Shown here in pieces: positions 1 to 9,792 of a DNA stretch of 64,000 nucleotides. Position 1 is the first letter of the stretch. Every line of letters starts with the position of its first letter. The DNA comes from an uncultured Pelagibacteraceae bacterium (GTDB lineage: Bacteria > Pseudomonadota > Alphaproteobacteria > Pelagibacterales > Pelagibacteraceae): NCBI GenBank assembly GCA_902587515.1, contig CACILM010000006.1, positions 3,045 through 67,044 on the forward strand, written 5' to 3'. The notes below the pieces were generated by a model. The model saw only the letters and a list, made by a program, of their open reading frames with translations. It did no database searches and was not told the DNA's origin. The position numbers were made by a program, and so were the translations under genes.

Positions 1-981
1 ATATTCTTTAAAAAAATTAAAAAGATCTTTTTGATCTATACTCTTTATATATGTCTCATTTATTGAATAAATCCTATTCATATCTAATTTTGAAGGTGAT
101 TTTCCAACACCACTTAAATCAAATAAATCAATACTTTCTTGCTTAGTAAAAATTTCTTTATCTTTGTATGACCATCCCAATCTTAACAAATAATTCCTTA
201 AAGCGTCTGAAATAATTCCTATTTTAATATAATCTTCAAGAGTGGAAGCATTATCTCTTTTTGACAATTTCTTTCCTTGCTCACTATGAATTAAAGGAAT
301 GTGTGCAAAGTTTGGAACCTCCCAACCCATTGCTTCATAAATTTGTCTTTGTTTAAAAGAGTTAATCATATGATCGTCTCCTCTAATAACATGAGTTATT
401 TTCATTTCATGATCATCGACCGTGGCTGATAGCTGGTATGTTGGAGTATTATCTTTTCTTAAGATTACAAAATCCTCAATAGTAGAATTTGAAATATTTC
501 TATCCCCCTGAACTAAATCTTTAATAATCGTATTTCCTGATATTTTACTTTTAAATCTTAATACTGGTTTTACTCCTTCTGGTATTTTTAAATCTTTGGC
601 ATCTCTCCATTTTCTATTATAAACATATGGCATTCCTTGTTTTTTGCATTTTTCTTTTTGCTCATTAATTTCTTCCTCAGAACAATAACATTTGTAGGCA
701 AAACCTTTTTTAAGTAGTTCCTCTGCAACTGTAACGTGTTTAGATATATTTTTAGATTGAATATATTCATCGCCATCATGTTCAATTCCAAGCCAAGCCA
801 AAGATGTAATAATTTGCTCTTTGAATTCGTCTTTAGATCTTTCTTTATCAGTATCCTCTATTCTTAGAAAATATTTTCCCTTATTTTTTTTAGCTAAAAG
901 CCAATTGAATAAGGCTGTTCGAACTCCACCAATATGAAGAGGCCCAGTAGGAGAGGGCGCAAACCTACAATTAAAAGACAT
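1..981 (-). CDS. gltX: Glutamyl-tRNA synthetase; N-terminal 327 codons, C-terminus lies beyond the window edge
   Basis: Absent from the ORF track because it runs off the edge. My reverse-strand translation from the ATG (complement of 979-981) reads MSFNCRFAPSPTGPLHIGG (class I HIGH motif). It later reads GKKLSKRD (KMSKS-type motif, about 255-280). The frame stays open to position 1. Confidence 0.85.
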   Translation of the reverse strand, partial: MSFNCRFAPSPTGPLHIGGVRTALFNWLLAKKNKGKYFLRIEDTDKERSKDEFKEQIITSLAWLGIEHDGDEYIQSKNISKHVTVAEELLKKGFAYKCYCSEEEINEQKEKCKKQGMPYVYNRKWRDAKDLKIPEGVKPVLRFKSKISGNTIIKDLVQGDRNISNSTIEDFVILRKDNTPTYQLSATVDDHEMKITHVIRGDDHMINSFKQRQIYEAMGWEVPNFAHIPLIHSEQGKKLSKRDNASTLEDYIKIGIISDALRNYLLRLGWSYKDKEIFTKQESIDLFDLSGVGKSPSKLDMNRIYSINETYIKSIDQKDLFNFFKEY

Positions 982-1000
982 TTATATTAATTAGACTATT

Positions 1001-1675
1001 TTAATGAAAGTTTCTATATAAAGAAACAAGTTTACCTTGAATTTTTATTCTATTCGCAGCGTAAATTTTAGTTCCGTAGTTTCGATTTGCTGCTTCAAGA
1101 GCGATAGTGTTTCCTTTTTTTCTTACTCTTTTTAAAGTAGCTTCCTGGTCGTCTATCAAGACTACTGCAATCTGACCATTGTCTACATTAGAAACTTTTT
1201 TTATAATAACAGTATCACCGTCAGCAATACCTGCTTCAATCATTGAGTCACCTTTTACTTTAAGACCATAGTGCTCACCATTATTTTGAAGATCTTCTGG
1301 TAAAGCAACTCTATCAACTTCTTGTTGAATAGCTTCAATAGGTGTACCAGCTGCAATACTTCCTAATACCGAAACATCAGTGGATTTATTATTATTCTTA
1401 TCTAATCCACCTTTGATGACGCTTGGAGTGAATGTATTAAATATATCATTAGCGCTGGCGTTCTCTGGCAACTTTACTACCTCTAATGCTCTAGCTTTAT
1501 GTGCTAATCGCTTAACAAAACCTCTTTCTTCTAATGCAGAAATTAATCTATGTATTCCTGATTTCGACTTAAGGTTGAGTGAATTCTTCATTTCCTCGTA
1601 TGATGGAGAAATCCCTGAAGATCTAATCTTCTTATTGATGAATATTAATAAGTTTTTTTGTTTTTTTGTTAGCAT
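1001..1675 (-). CDS. lexA: LexA SOS repressor
   Basis: The protein has an MLTKKQKNLLIFI N-terminus typical of alphaproteobacterial LexA, a winged-helix region, and a C-terminal S24 peptidase region (GDSM...KRV). I prefer the Met at 1675 over the track start at 1693, because MLT(R/K)KQ is the usual N-terminus and it leaves room for the SOS box. Confidence 0.9.
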   Translation of the reverse strand: MLTKKQKNLLIFINKKIRSSGISPSYEEMKNSLNLKSKSGIHRLISALEERGFVKRLAHKARALEVVKLPENASANDIFNTFTPSVIKGGLDKNNNKSTDVSVLGSIAAGTPIEAIQQEVDRVALPEDLQNNGEHYGLKVKGDSMIEAGIADGDTVIIKKVSNVDNGQIAVVLIDDQEATLKRVRKKGNTIALEAANRNYGTKIYAANRIKIQGKLVSLYRNFH

Positions 1676-1697
1676 AGAACAAACCTCGTACATATAT

Positions 1698-1712
1698 GTT
1701 CTATAAAAGTTC
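1698..1712 (-). promoter_or_regulatory. Alphaproteobacterial-type SOS (LexA) box GTTC-N7-GTTC upstream of lexA
   Basis: The sequence is gttctataaaagttc (GAAC-N7-GAAC on the lexA strand), 23-37 nt upstream of the preferred ATG. A third half-site, GAAC, lies at 1677-1680. Confidence 0.6.
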
Positions 1713-1745
1713 TTTTTGAATTACAACTTCAAATAAATGGCTAAT

Positions 1746-2537
1746 TTATTGAGTAATTTGAATTAATTTTTCCATTAATTCATCAGGATTGTCAGATTTT
1801 AAAAGTGATTCTCCAATAAGAAAATTTTTAATTCCGGTTTTTTCGTAAATATATTTAGCATCATCTGCAGTTTTAATTCCGCTTTCAGAAATAATAGGGC
1901 CTTTGTGTGTTTTAATAACTTCAAAAACTGAAATAGTGTTATTTAAAGAAACTTCAAGTGTTTTCAAATTCCTATTATTAATTCCAATTAATGCTTGATC
2001 AAATTTTAAGGCCATTTCAGCTTCTTTTTGATCATGTACTTCTACTATGACTGATAGATTATGTCTTAAAGCCTCAGAGTAAATGTCATCTGCTTGGGCT
2101 CCATTAAGAGCTGCAATTATTATCAAAATACAATCACAACCATAACTTTTAGATAATGCGATTTGGTAAGGATCAATAAAAAAATCTTTAGCTAAAATTG
2201 GAACTTTAATTTGTTTTTTTATGTCTTGAATATAATCTAATTTTCCCAAAAAATGTTTTTCCTCCGTCAAAACCGAGAGGCAAGTAGCACCATTATTTAC
2301 ATACATTTTCGCGATTTCTAAATGATCAAAATTATTTACAAGAACACCAGCAGATGGGCTAGCTTTTTTGATTTCGGTTATTAAAGAAACACTCTGATTT
2401 TTTTGGATTGTTTCTTTAAAATTTAAAAAACTTTGCTCTTTGATGTTTTTTTCTAAAATATCTAAAGATTTTTCTTTTTTAATCAGGTCCAAAGAGTATT
2501 TTTTTTCCTCGATAATTTTTTCTAAAATATTAGTCAT
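1746..2537 (-). CDS. trpC: Indole-3-glycerol phosphate synthase
   Basis: 263 aa with IGPS-type motifs (EIKKASPS, LSVLTE, NNRNL). It sits in a trpE-G-D-C arrangement. Confidence 0.9.
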   Translation of the reverse strand: MTNILEKIIEEKKYSLDLIKKEKSLDILEKNIKEQSFLNFKETIQKNQSVSLITEIKKASPSAGVLVNNFDHLEIAKMYVNNGATCLSVLTEEKHFLGKLDYIQDIKKQIKVPILAKDFFIDPYQIALSKSYGCDCILIIIAALNGAQADDIYSEALRHNLSVIVEVHDQKEAEMALKFDQALIGINNRNLKTLEVSLNNTISVFEVIKTHKGPIISESGIKTADDAKYIYEKTGIKNFLIGESLLKSDNPDELMEKLIQITQ

Positions 2538-3532
2538 TAATTTGATTGAATTTTCACTAAGTGCTTAAATACCTGTCCTGAACTTAAATGTTTCACAGCC
2601 TTTTCGTAAGACATCTTAAAATCACTTTCTTTACCAGAAACAATTAAACCTGCTGCTACATTAAGAGCAACAGATTGAGAGAATTCATTATTTTTTCCTT
2701 TAAATATTTCAATAATTTTTTCAGAATTATATTCTGCATTTTTTCCTTTTAAATTTTCCTTATTTGCAGCGTCAATTCCTAAAGTTTTTGGATCAATTAT
2801 AAATTCTTTAATAATTGAGTTTTTAAGTTCTACCACATATGTTTTTGCAAACGGTGATATCTCGTCCATCCCATCTTCGCTATGAACGATGAATGCGTGA
2901 ATAACTCCGTTTTCTTTAAGCGCCTCAGCGAAAGGCTTCATCCATTTTTTGTCAAATACTCCTATTACCTGTCTTTTTACTTGTGCAGGACTACTTAAGG
3001 GACCAATTAAGTTAAAGATCGTTTTCTTTCCCATTTTTTTTCTAGCAGGCCCAACATGTTTCATTGCTGAGTGAAAATTAGGCGCAAACATAAAAGCAAA
3101 ATTAAACTTTTTTATACTTTCCTCAGCCTCATTTGCTTTCAAATTAATATTTATTTTTAATGCCTTTAATACATCTGCAGATCCACAGTTCGAAGATACA
3201 GCTTTATTACCGTGCTTAGCAACTTTTACACCCATACTCGCCAAAACTATAGCTGCAGCAGTAGAAATATTTAAAGAGTTTTGCCCGTCTCCTCCTGTTC
3301 CACAAGTATCTATAGTATCTTGTTCAGCTTTAACTTTTGTAGCTTTTTCTCTCAAAACAAATATTCCTCCAGCTAGCTCATCTTTAGTTTCACCTTTTTT
3401 TACGAGAGACTCTAAAATTTCTATAATAGAATTTTCGTTATATTTACCATCCATAAGCTCATTGAACAGAGCTTTACTTTCTTCAAAAGAAAGGCTTTGG
3501 CCTTTTTTCAAACTTTCTACAAAATTAGACAT
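2537..3532 (-). CDS. trpD: Anthranilate phosphoribosyltransferase
   Basis: 331 aa with the CGTGGDG and KHGN motifs. It overlaps trpC by 1 nt. Confidence 0.9.
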   Translation of the reverse strand: MSNFVESLKKGQSLSFEESKALFNELMDGKYNENSIIEILESLVKKGETKDELAGGIFVLREKATKVKAEQDTIDTCGTGGDGQNSLNISTAAAIVLASMGVKVAKHGNKAVSSNCGSADVLKALKININLKANEAEESIKKFNFAFMFAPNFHSAMKHVGPARKKMGKKTIFNLIGPLSSPAQVKRQVIGVFDKKWMKPFAEALKENGVIHAFIVHSEDGMDEISPFAKTYVVELKNSIIKEFIIDPKTLGIDAANKENLKGKNAEYNSEKIIEIFKGKNNEFSQSVALNVAAGLIVSGKESDFKMSYEKAVKHLSSGQVFKHLVKIQSN

Positions 3533-4099
3533 TTAATTACTTATAAAGTTTTTAATTAATTTCATTCCTACTTTAGTACTTATACTTTCAGGATGAAATT
3601 GAAACCCATGAATATCATATTCTTTATGCATTAATCCCATTATTGTTTTATTCTTAGTTTCTGCAGTAATTAATAGTTTTTTTGGGAACTTTTTACGATC
3701 GACAACTAAACTATGATATCTAGTCGCTTCAAAGTTATTTTGAATATTCTTAAATAAACCCTTTTTAATATGTCTAATCTTACTTGTTTTGCCGTGCATT
3801 AAATTATTAGCATGGATAATCTTTCCTCCAAAAACTTGACCAATAATTTGATGACCTAAGCAAACTCCAAGAATTGGAATTTTTTTGTAAACCTCTTTTA
3901 CGATTTTAAGACAATTTCCGGCTTGATTAGGATTTCCAGGTCCTGGGGATATTACAATTTTATCATATTTTTTTCTTAAAACTGTTTTTCCATCAATCTT
4001 ATCATTTCTAATTACTTCAACATTTTTCTTAATTTTTGAAATGTAATGAAATAGATTGTAAGTAAAACTATCATAATTATCTATTAATAAAATTTTCAT
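3533..4099 (-). CDS. trpG: Anthranilate synthase component II (glutamine amidotransferase; could also serve PabA)
   Basis: 188 aa class I GATase (GVCLGHQ, FHPES). It lies directly between trpE and trpD. Confidence 0.85.
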   Translation of the reverse strand: MKILLIDNYDSFTYNLFHYISKIKKNVEVIRNDKIDGKTVLRKKYDKIVISPGPGNPNQAGNCLKIVKEVYKKIPILGVCLGHQIIGQVFGGKIIHANNLMHGKTSKIRHIKKGLFKNIQNNFEATRYHSLVVDRKKFPKKLLITAETKNKTIMGLMHKEYDIHGFQFHPESISTKVGMKLIKNFISN

Positions 4100-5557
4100 T
4101 TAATCTACCGCTTTCATTAATGCTTTAGCTTTGTTTACTGTTTCTGCGTATTCTTTTTCAGGCATGCTGTCAGCTACAATGCCTGCCCCAGCTTGAACAT
4201 AAAACTTATCCTTTTTAATTAAAGCTGTTCTTAGGGCAATACAGGTATCAAATTCATTATTAGGGGTGAAGTAACCAATTCCACCTGCATATAATTTTCT
4301 CTTATTTTTTTCAAGTTCGTCAATTATTTCCATCGCTCTAATTTTTGGAGCTCCACTTACTGTGCCTGCTGGAAAACCTGATAAAAGCGTTTCAAAAACT
4401 GAGTTTTGATGGTTGAACTTTCCAATTACATTTGAAACGATGTGCATTACATGAGAATATTTTTCTACCTTAAACTTTTCAGTTACTTTTACAGTATTAA
4501 TTTTTGAGACTTTTCCTATATCATTTCTTCCAAGATCCAGCAACATGAGATGTTCAGCTAATTCTTTTTTATCTTTAAGCAAATCTGACACGTATTTTTT
4601 ATCTTCTTTTAAATTTCTTCCTCTTGGTCTTGTTCCAGCAATTGGTCTAATTGTAACTTCGCCTTTTCTTAATCTCACCAATATTTCTGGACTACTTCCT
4701 AAAACTTTAAAATCTTCATAATTAAAATAAAACATAAATGGTGAAGGATTTGATTTTCTCAATTGAGTATAAATTTCTATAGGTTTCTTGTTTATTTTTC
4801 TCTCAAATCTCTGACTTAAAACTACTTGAAAGATATCTCCATTTTTTATGTAAGTTTTTGCTTTTTTAACTAATTGTTTAAATCTTTTTTTTGAAATATT
4901 TGATTTAATAGAATTTTTATTTTGTTTAAATGTAAATTGTTCTGGAAGTTTTATATTTTCAAAATTCTTAAATAATTCAAACTTTTTAACAATAGAGTCA
5001 TAGGCTTCTTTGTAATTTTTAATTTTAGTATCAGCATAAACATTTTCAATGTAGTGAATTTTTTTTTTAAAATTATCGTAGATAACCAAGTTTCTTGGAC
5101 GAGAGAGCCTCACATCTGGAATTTTTAAGTCATCTTTACACTTATTAGGTATTTTCTCAATATAACGAATTATATCATAAGAGAAATAACCAACTAGCAT
5201 TGAGGCCATTGAAGGTAATTGACTTGGAATCTTAATCTTAAAATCTTTTATTAGTTTGTTTAAGTATTTTAAAGGATTAGTTTTGATTTTAACTTTTTTT
5301 TTATTAGTTTCTATTGTAACTGTATTATTATTAATATCCCAAAGCTTATCTGGGTTTAGACCGATAATTGTATATCTTCCTCTAATAATCCCTTTTTCAA
5401 CAGACTCAAAAATAAAACTATTCTTTTCAGCTAAGAGAAATTTAAATAGATTTTCTACCTTATAATAATCTTTACAATTAAAAGATTTGAATAAAATTTG
5501 ATGTAACTTTTTTACGTGTCTTTTTTGAAAGTCTTTAAAGCTTGTATTTATTTGCAT
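4100..5557 (-). CDS. trpE: Anthranilate synthase component I
   Basis: 485 aa chorismate-binding enzyme (PSPFMFY, LFPAGTVSGAPK, GGIGYF motifs). Confidence 0.85.
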   Translation of the reverse strand: MQINTSFKDFQKRHVKKLHQILFKSFNCKDYYKVENLFKFLLAEKNSFIFESVEKGIIRGRYTIIGLNPDKLWDINNNTVTIETNKKKVKIKTNPLKYLNKLIKDFKIKIPSQLPSMASMLVGYFSYDIIRYIEKIPNKCKDDLKIPDVRLSRPRNLVIYDNFKKKIHYIENVYADTKIKNYKEAYDSIVKKFELFKNFENIKLPEQFTFKQNKNSIKSNISKKRFKQLVKKAKTYIKNGDIFQVVLSQRFERKINKKPIEIYTQLRKSNPSPFMFYFNYEDFKVLGSSPEILVRLRKGEVTIRPIAGTRPRGRNLKEDKKYVSDLLKDKKELAEHLMLLDLGRNDIGKVSKINTVKVTEKFKVEKYSHVMHIVSNVIGKFNHQNSVFETLLSGFPAGTVSGAPKIRAMEIIDELEKNKRKLYAGGIGYFTPNNEFDTCIALRTALIKKDKFYVQAGAGIVADSMPEKEYAETVNKAKALMKAVD

Positions 5558-7011
5558 TAAAATGAATTTTTAACTCTGTCTATTGTCCTTTGATTTAACT
5601 TAACTTTGTACTTCTCATTAAGATTATTATCATGCGTTTGATAAATACTATTAATTAAACTCAAGCGAGCTTTAGCTTCGTATTGTTCATATTCATTACT
5701 ATCTTTTTTAAGTTCTTTATACTCAGTATTTAGAGCTAAAACTAAAAAACTTTTTGTTAGGGTATTGTTAGTAATTAGATCAACCTCACCGTCCTTAGTA
5801 AGAAAAATTCTTTTTATAATGGCCTCAGAAAATGTATCATTTTGTTTTAAATTATTAATTTTATATTCCTTAATTTCTAATTGATTATCTGATGCAAATT
5901 TTTTAAACTTTTCGTTATCGATTGCGCCCATACTTATATCCTTTATAATCGAAGTATTACTCTCTATCTTATTTTTAAAACTTAGTTGGGCGTTAAGCGC
6001 TTCTTGAACCTCTGGATCAGTGAACGGTCTATCTTTTTTCTCAATTTTATTAATTTCAGCTAAATAATATTTATTTTCTAAATTAATAATTTCAGGCACT
6101 TGAATTGATTTTAAATTATAAATTTTTTTAAACAAATTGTCAGATAAATTATCTATTTTTTTTTGGTTTTCGTTCTCTTTATTTGCATTTACCTTTTTTA
6201 ATAAAATTGGTTTTAAATTATTAGTTTTAATTGTTTCATCAAAAGATTGTCCATCTAATATATTATTTTCAATTGTATCTAATTGTTTGAAAAAAGCTTC
6301 ATTGTATTCTTTGCTGCCACTAATTTTTAAAGGGTCGATTTCAACATAACGAATACTTTTAAATTCTTTAAAAAAAACATTTTTATTTTTTTCATAAAGT
6401 TCTTTTTTATTCTCCTCAGTTGGCTTATTTTTTGAGTGGTATTTTTCTAAATCAATGTATTTGATTGTTTTTGTTTGATTATCTTTTCTATATTCTTTTT
6501 TTACTAATAATTCTGGAACAACAATCCCTCCAGATAAAGAGCTTAAGAATTGTCTTTTTTTCTCTTGTTCGGCAATATTCTTTTCAAAAAGTGGAGCGGT
6601 AACGCCACTTTTAATTAGGAATTTTTCGTATTCTGTTCTTGAGAATTTGTTATCTTTAAAAAATAGTGTATCGTTTTTAATTATATTCCTTAAAGAATTA
6701 TCATTAACAGTTATCCCAAGTTTTTCAATTTCTAAAACCATTACTCTTTTTCCAATATATTCAGATAAAATTTTTTCAATTAAATCTGTTTTTGGTAAAT
6801 TTTTTATTTGATCTTCATTTAGATTAAGCCGTCTAAGATATTCAACAAATTCTTGAGTACTTATTTTTTCAGAATCTATTGAAGCTATGACATTTTGATT
6901 TCCACCTCTAAACACATCGCCCATTCCCCAAAAAACAAATGGAAGAATAATTATACCCACAAAGAGTTTTATAAAAAAAGACTTAGAAAATTTACCTATT
7001 GATGTTAGCAT
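5557..7011 (-). CDS. PpiD/SurA-N-like periplasmic chaperone with one N-terminal TM helix
   Basis: 484 aa with an N-terminal membrane anchor followed by VIASIDSEKISTQEF, typical of PpiD-family proteins. Its position divergent from tpiA matches alphaproteobacterial synteny. I could not see a clear parvulin motif. Confidence 0.6.
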   Translation of the reverse strand: MLTSIGKFSKSFFIKLFVGIIILPFVFWGMGDVFRGGNQNVIASIDSEKISTQEFVEYLRRLNLNEDQIKNLPKTDLIEKILSEYIGKRVMVLEIEKLGITVNDNSLRNIIKNDTLFFKDNKFSRTEYEKFLIKSGVTAPLFEKNIAEQEKKRQFLSSLSGGIVVPELLVKKEYRKDNQTKTIKYIDLEKYHSKNKPTEENKKELYEKNKNVFFKEFKSIRYVEIDPLKISGSKEYNEAFFKQLDTIENNILDGQSFDETIKTNNLKPILLKKVNANKENENQKKIDNLSDNLFKKIYNLKSIQVPEIINLENKYYLAEINKIEKKDRPFTDPEVQEALNAQLSFKNKIESNTSIIKDISMGAIDNEKFKKFASDNQLEIKEYKINNLKQNDTFSEAIIKRIFLTKDGEVDLITNNTLTKSFLVLALNTEYKELKKDSNEYEQYEAKARLSLINSIYQTHDNNLNEKYKVKLNQRTIDRVKNSF

Positions 7012-7076
7012 TATTATAATCTATTAAGTTCCTAAAATTATACACCTATAGATTAAAATTTATATTAAGGCAAATA

Positions 7077-7820
7077 ATGAGATATTTCATCGGTAATTGG
7101 AAAATGTTTGGAGTTCCAAAATCCATTAATATACTTAACAAAATTAATTATTTTCATTCAAAAGATAAAAATCGGCAAAAATATAAAGTTGTAATAACAC
7201 CTCCTTATACCCTTATTGAGACATACGCTAAATATTTTAAAAACAAAAGAATTTCTATTGGTTCTCAAAATTGTTATCAAAAAGACCAGTTTTCATCTAA
7301 TACAGCAGCGGTTAGTCCATTTATGATTAAAAGTGTCGGCGCAAAATACACTTTAATAGGTCACTCAGACAATCGAAGTGAAGGTGATACAAACGAAATG
7401 TTAAAGAATAAAGTTTTTTTTGCATTGAAAAATAATCTAAAAGTAGTTTTTTGTATTGGAGAAAATAAGACACAAAAAAAAAATAAAAAAACTTTTAGCG
7501 TTTTAAAAAAACAGCTTACAAATGTGTTAGATAAAAAATTTAATAAGAATAATATCATTGTTGCTTACGAACCTATTTGGTCAATAGGCACCGGAAAAAT
7601 ACCAAAAAAAAAAGAATTAGAGAAAACAACAGTTTATATAAAACAAGTTTTAAAAAGCATATTTCGAGAAAAAAGCCCTGCTGTTCTTTATGGCGGATCA
7701 GTAGACGGAAGCAACGTTGAAATGTTTAAAGAAATTAAAGAAATCGACGGTTTTTTAATAGGAGGAGCTTCGAAATCCTCAAAAAAATTTATTGATATAA
7801 TAAAGAAATACTATAGATAA
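7077..7820 (+). CDS. tpiA: Triosephosphate isomerase
   Basis: 247 aa with the GNWKM, IGHS(D/E)R-like, YEPIWSIGTG and GGAS motifs. Confidence 0.85.
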   Translation: MRYFIGNWKMFGVPKSINILNKINYFHSKDKNRQKYKVVITPPYTLIETYAKYFKNKRISIGSQNCYQKDQFSSNTAAVSPFMIKSVGAKYTLIGHSDNRSEGDTNEMLKNKVFFALKNNLKVVFCIGENKTQKKNKKTFSVLKKQLTNVLDKKFNKNNIIVAYEPIWSIGTGKIPKKKELEKTTVYIKQVLKSIFREKSPAVLYGGSVDGSNVEMFKEIKEIDGFLIGGASKSSKKFIDIIKKYYR

Positions 7821-7825
7821 ACATC

Positions 7826-8125
7826 ATGGAAGATTTACTGATTTTAGTTAACATCATACTTGCTATAATTTTAATTATAGTAATTCTTTTGCAAAGATCA
7901 GAAGGCGGAGCTTTAGGTTTAGGTGTTTCACAAGACAATTTCACGTCTGCTAGATCTGTAGGAACTTTTTTAACTAAATTTACTTCAATAATAGCTACAC
8001 TATTTATTGTTTGTAGTATTGCTATTGTAGCGATTTCAAGAGATGAGATCCGTGAAACACAGTCTGTTCTGGAAAAAGAGGAAGAGGAAAATTCAAACCT
8101 TCCACAAATACCTCAATCAAAGTAA
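7826..8125 (+). CDS. secG: Preprotein translocase subunit SecG
   Basis: 99 aa with two TM helices and LLQRSEGGALG, as in SecG. It sits between tpiA and pyrG. Confidence 0.8.
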   Translation: MEDLLILVNIILAIILIIVILLQRSEGGALGLGVSQDNFTSARSVGTFLTKFTSIIATLFIVCSIAIVAISRDEIRETQSVLEKEEEENSNLPQIPQSK

Positions 8126-8169
8126 TTAAGACTTTGTAATTGTTAATTTTTGAAGTATAACATACTTCC

Positions 8170-9792
8170 ATGGCGCGATACATTTTCGTTACTGGCGGCG
8201 TGGTCTCATCTTTAGGAAAAGGATTATCATCTGCATCACTTGCATATTTATTACAATCTAGAGGATATAAAGTTAGAATTAGAAAACTTGATCCGTATTT
8301 AAATGTAGATCCTGGAACTATGAGCCCATTTCAACACGGTGAAGTTTTTGTTACTGATGATGGCGCTGAAACAGATTTAGACTTGGGACACTATGAGAGA
8401 TTTTCAGGAATATCAGCAAAAAAGTCAGATAATATCACTACAGGCAAAATTTATAGTGATGTTTTAAAAAGAGAACGACAGGGAAAATATTTAGGGAAAA
8501 CCGTTCAAGTTATCCCACATATAACAAATAGAATTAAAGAATTTATTAAAAATGATGTTGCTAAAGAAGATTTTGTTATTTGCGAGATAGGAGGTACTGT
8601 AGGTGATATAGAAAGCTTACCTTTTCTGGAAGCTATAAGGCAATTTTCAAATGAAATAGGTAAAAAAAATACATTATTTATTCACCTAACATTAGTTCCT
8701 TATATGAAGGCATCTGATGAGATAAAAACAAAACCAACCCAACATTCAGTTAAAGAATTAAGGAGCATAGGTATTCAACCAGATATTATTATCTGTAGAT
8801 CTGAAAGATCTATACCTGTAGATCAAAGGAAGAAAATTTCATTATTTTGTAACGTTGCAATAGAAGATGTCATAGAAACCGTAGATGTAAAAACAATTTA
8901 TGAAGCTCCGATTAGTTTTAATAAAGAAAAATTAGATGAAAGAGTTTTAAGATTTTTTAAAATTAAATCTAAGAAAAAAGTGAATCTTTCACCTTGGAAA
9001 AAAATTACAAATTTAGTTTTGAAAACAAAAAATAAAGTTAATATAGCAATAATTGGTAAATATGTTGAACTTAAAGATGCTTACAAATCATTAGATGAGG
9101 CCTTAACACATGGAGGAATAGCAAATAATTTAAAAGTGAATTTAATTAGAATTGAGTCTGACTTTTTAAAACCTAGTGAAATAAAAAATAAACTTAAAGG
9201 AGTATCTGGAATTTTGATACCAGGGGGATTTGGCAAAAGAGGAACAGAAGGAAAAATAGCAGCTGTTAATTATGCAAGATTAAACAAAATTCCTTTCCTT
9301 GGCATATGCTTTGGCATGCAAATGGCAGTGATTGAATTCGCTAGAAATAAATTAAACATTAAAAAAGCAACATCAAGTGAATTTGGGCCATCAAAAGCTT
9401 CAGTTGTTGGACTTATGAGTGAATGGACAAAAGATGGGAAATTAATGAGGGGCACTGACAAAAATTTAGGTGGAACAATGCGATTGGGTAGTTATGAAGC
9501 AAGACTTAAAAAAGACACAAAAATAAGTAAAATTTATAATGCATTGAAAATAAATGAAAGACATCGTCATAGATATGAAGTTAACATCAACTATAAAAAA
9601 GATTTTGAAAATAGAGGTATGATTTTTTCAGGCTTATCTCCGGACAATAAATTGCCAGAAATTATAGAATTGGAAAACCACCCATGGTTTATTGGTGTTC
9701 AGTTTCATCCTGAATTTAAATCTAGACCTTTAGCACCACATCCTTTATTCTCATCATTTATTGAGGCTGCAAAAATCAATTCGAGAAAATGA
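8170..9792 (+). CDS. pyrG: CTP synthase
   Basis: 540 aa starting [18 protein letters not shown], with the GATase motifs GICFGMQ and HRHRYE. Confidence 0.95.
   Translation: MARYIFVTGGVVSSLGKGLSSASLAYLLQSRGYKVRIRKLDPYLNVDPGTMSPFQHGEVFVTDDGAETDLDLGHYERFSGISAKKSDNITTGKIYSDVLKRERQGKYLGKTVQVIPHITNRIKEFIKNDVAKEDFVICEIGGTVGDIESLPFLEAIRQFSNEIGKKNTLFIHLTLVPYMKASDEIKTKPTQHSVKELRSIGIQPDIIICRSERSIPVDQRKKISLFCNVAIEDVIETVDVKTIYEAPISFNKEKLDERVLRFFKIKSKKKVNLSPWKKITNLVLKTKNKVNIAIIGKYVELKDAYKSLDEALTHGGIANNLKVNLIRIESDFLKPSEIKNKLKGVSGILIPGGFGKRGTEGKIAAVNYARLNKIPFLGICFGMQMAVIEFARNKLNIKKATSSEFGPSKASVVGLMSEWTKDGKLMRGTDKNLGGTMRLGSYEARLKKDTKISKIYNALKINERHRHRYEVNINYKKDFENRGMIFSGLSPDNKLPEIIELENHPWFIGVQFHPEFKSRPLAPHPLFSSFIEAAKINSRK

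Noticed and set aside
588-791. 67-aa minus-strand ORF listed in the track inside the gltX region.
   Set aside because: It is in a different frame from the long edge-truncated gltX reading frame, which carries HIGH and KMSKS motifs. It is a frame artefact.
1676-1693. Longer LexA N-terminus (MYEVCS-MLTKKQ) from the track start at 1693.
   Set aside because: The extension has no counterpart in LexA proteins I know. It would place the start codon 5 nt from the SOS box with no room for a ribosome-binding site. The internal Met at 1675 is preferred.
1380-1706. 108-aa plus-strand ORF overlapping lexA. Similar antisense ORFs occur at 5256-5465, 6137-6349, 7361-7558, 9270-9461, 10855-11079, 13052-13276, 13304-13495, 16817-17017, 19387-19725, 19819-20145, 21544-21909, 22971-23213, 24488-24754, 26664-26846, 30116-30406, 33350-33559, 40677-40979, 43105-43290, 43324-43764, 47609-47833, 50762-50962, 51472-51672, 51784-52008, 53558-53758, 54583-54825, 56138-56374, 56438-56644, 57395-57613, 57865-58129, 59463-59654 and 63643-63831.
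   Set aside because: All lie inside and antisense to (or out of frame with) genes that have strong family motifs. Their translations are low-complexity, stop-avoiding mirror frames with no recognisable motifs. They are shadow ORFs.
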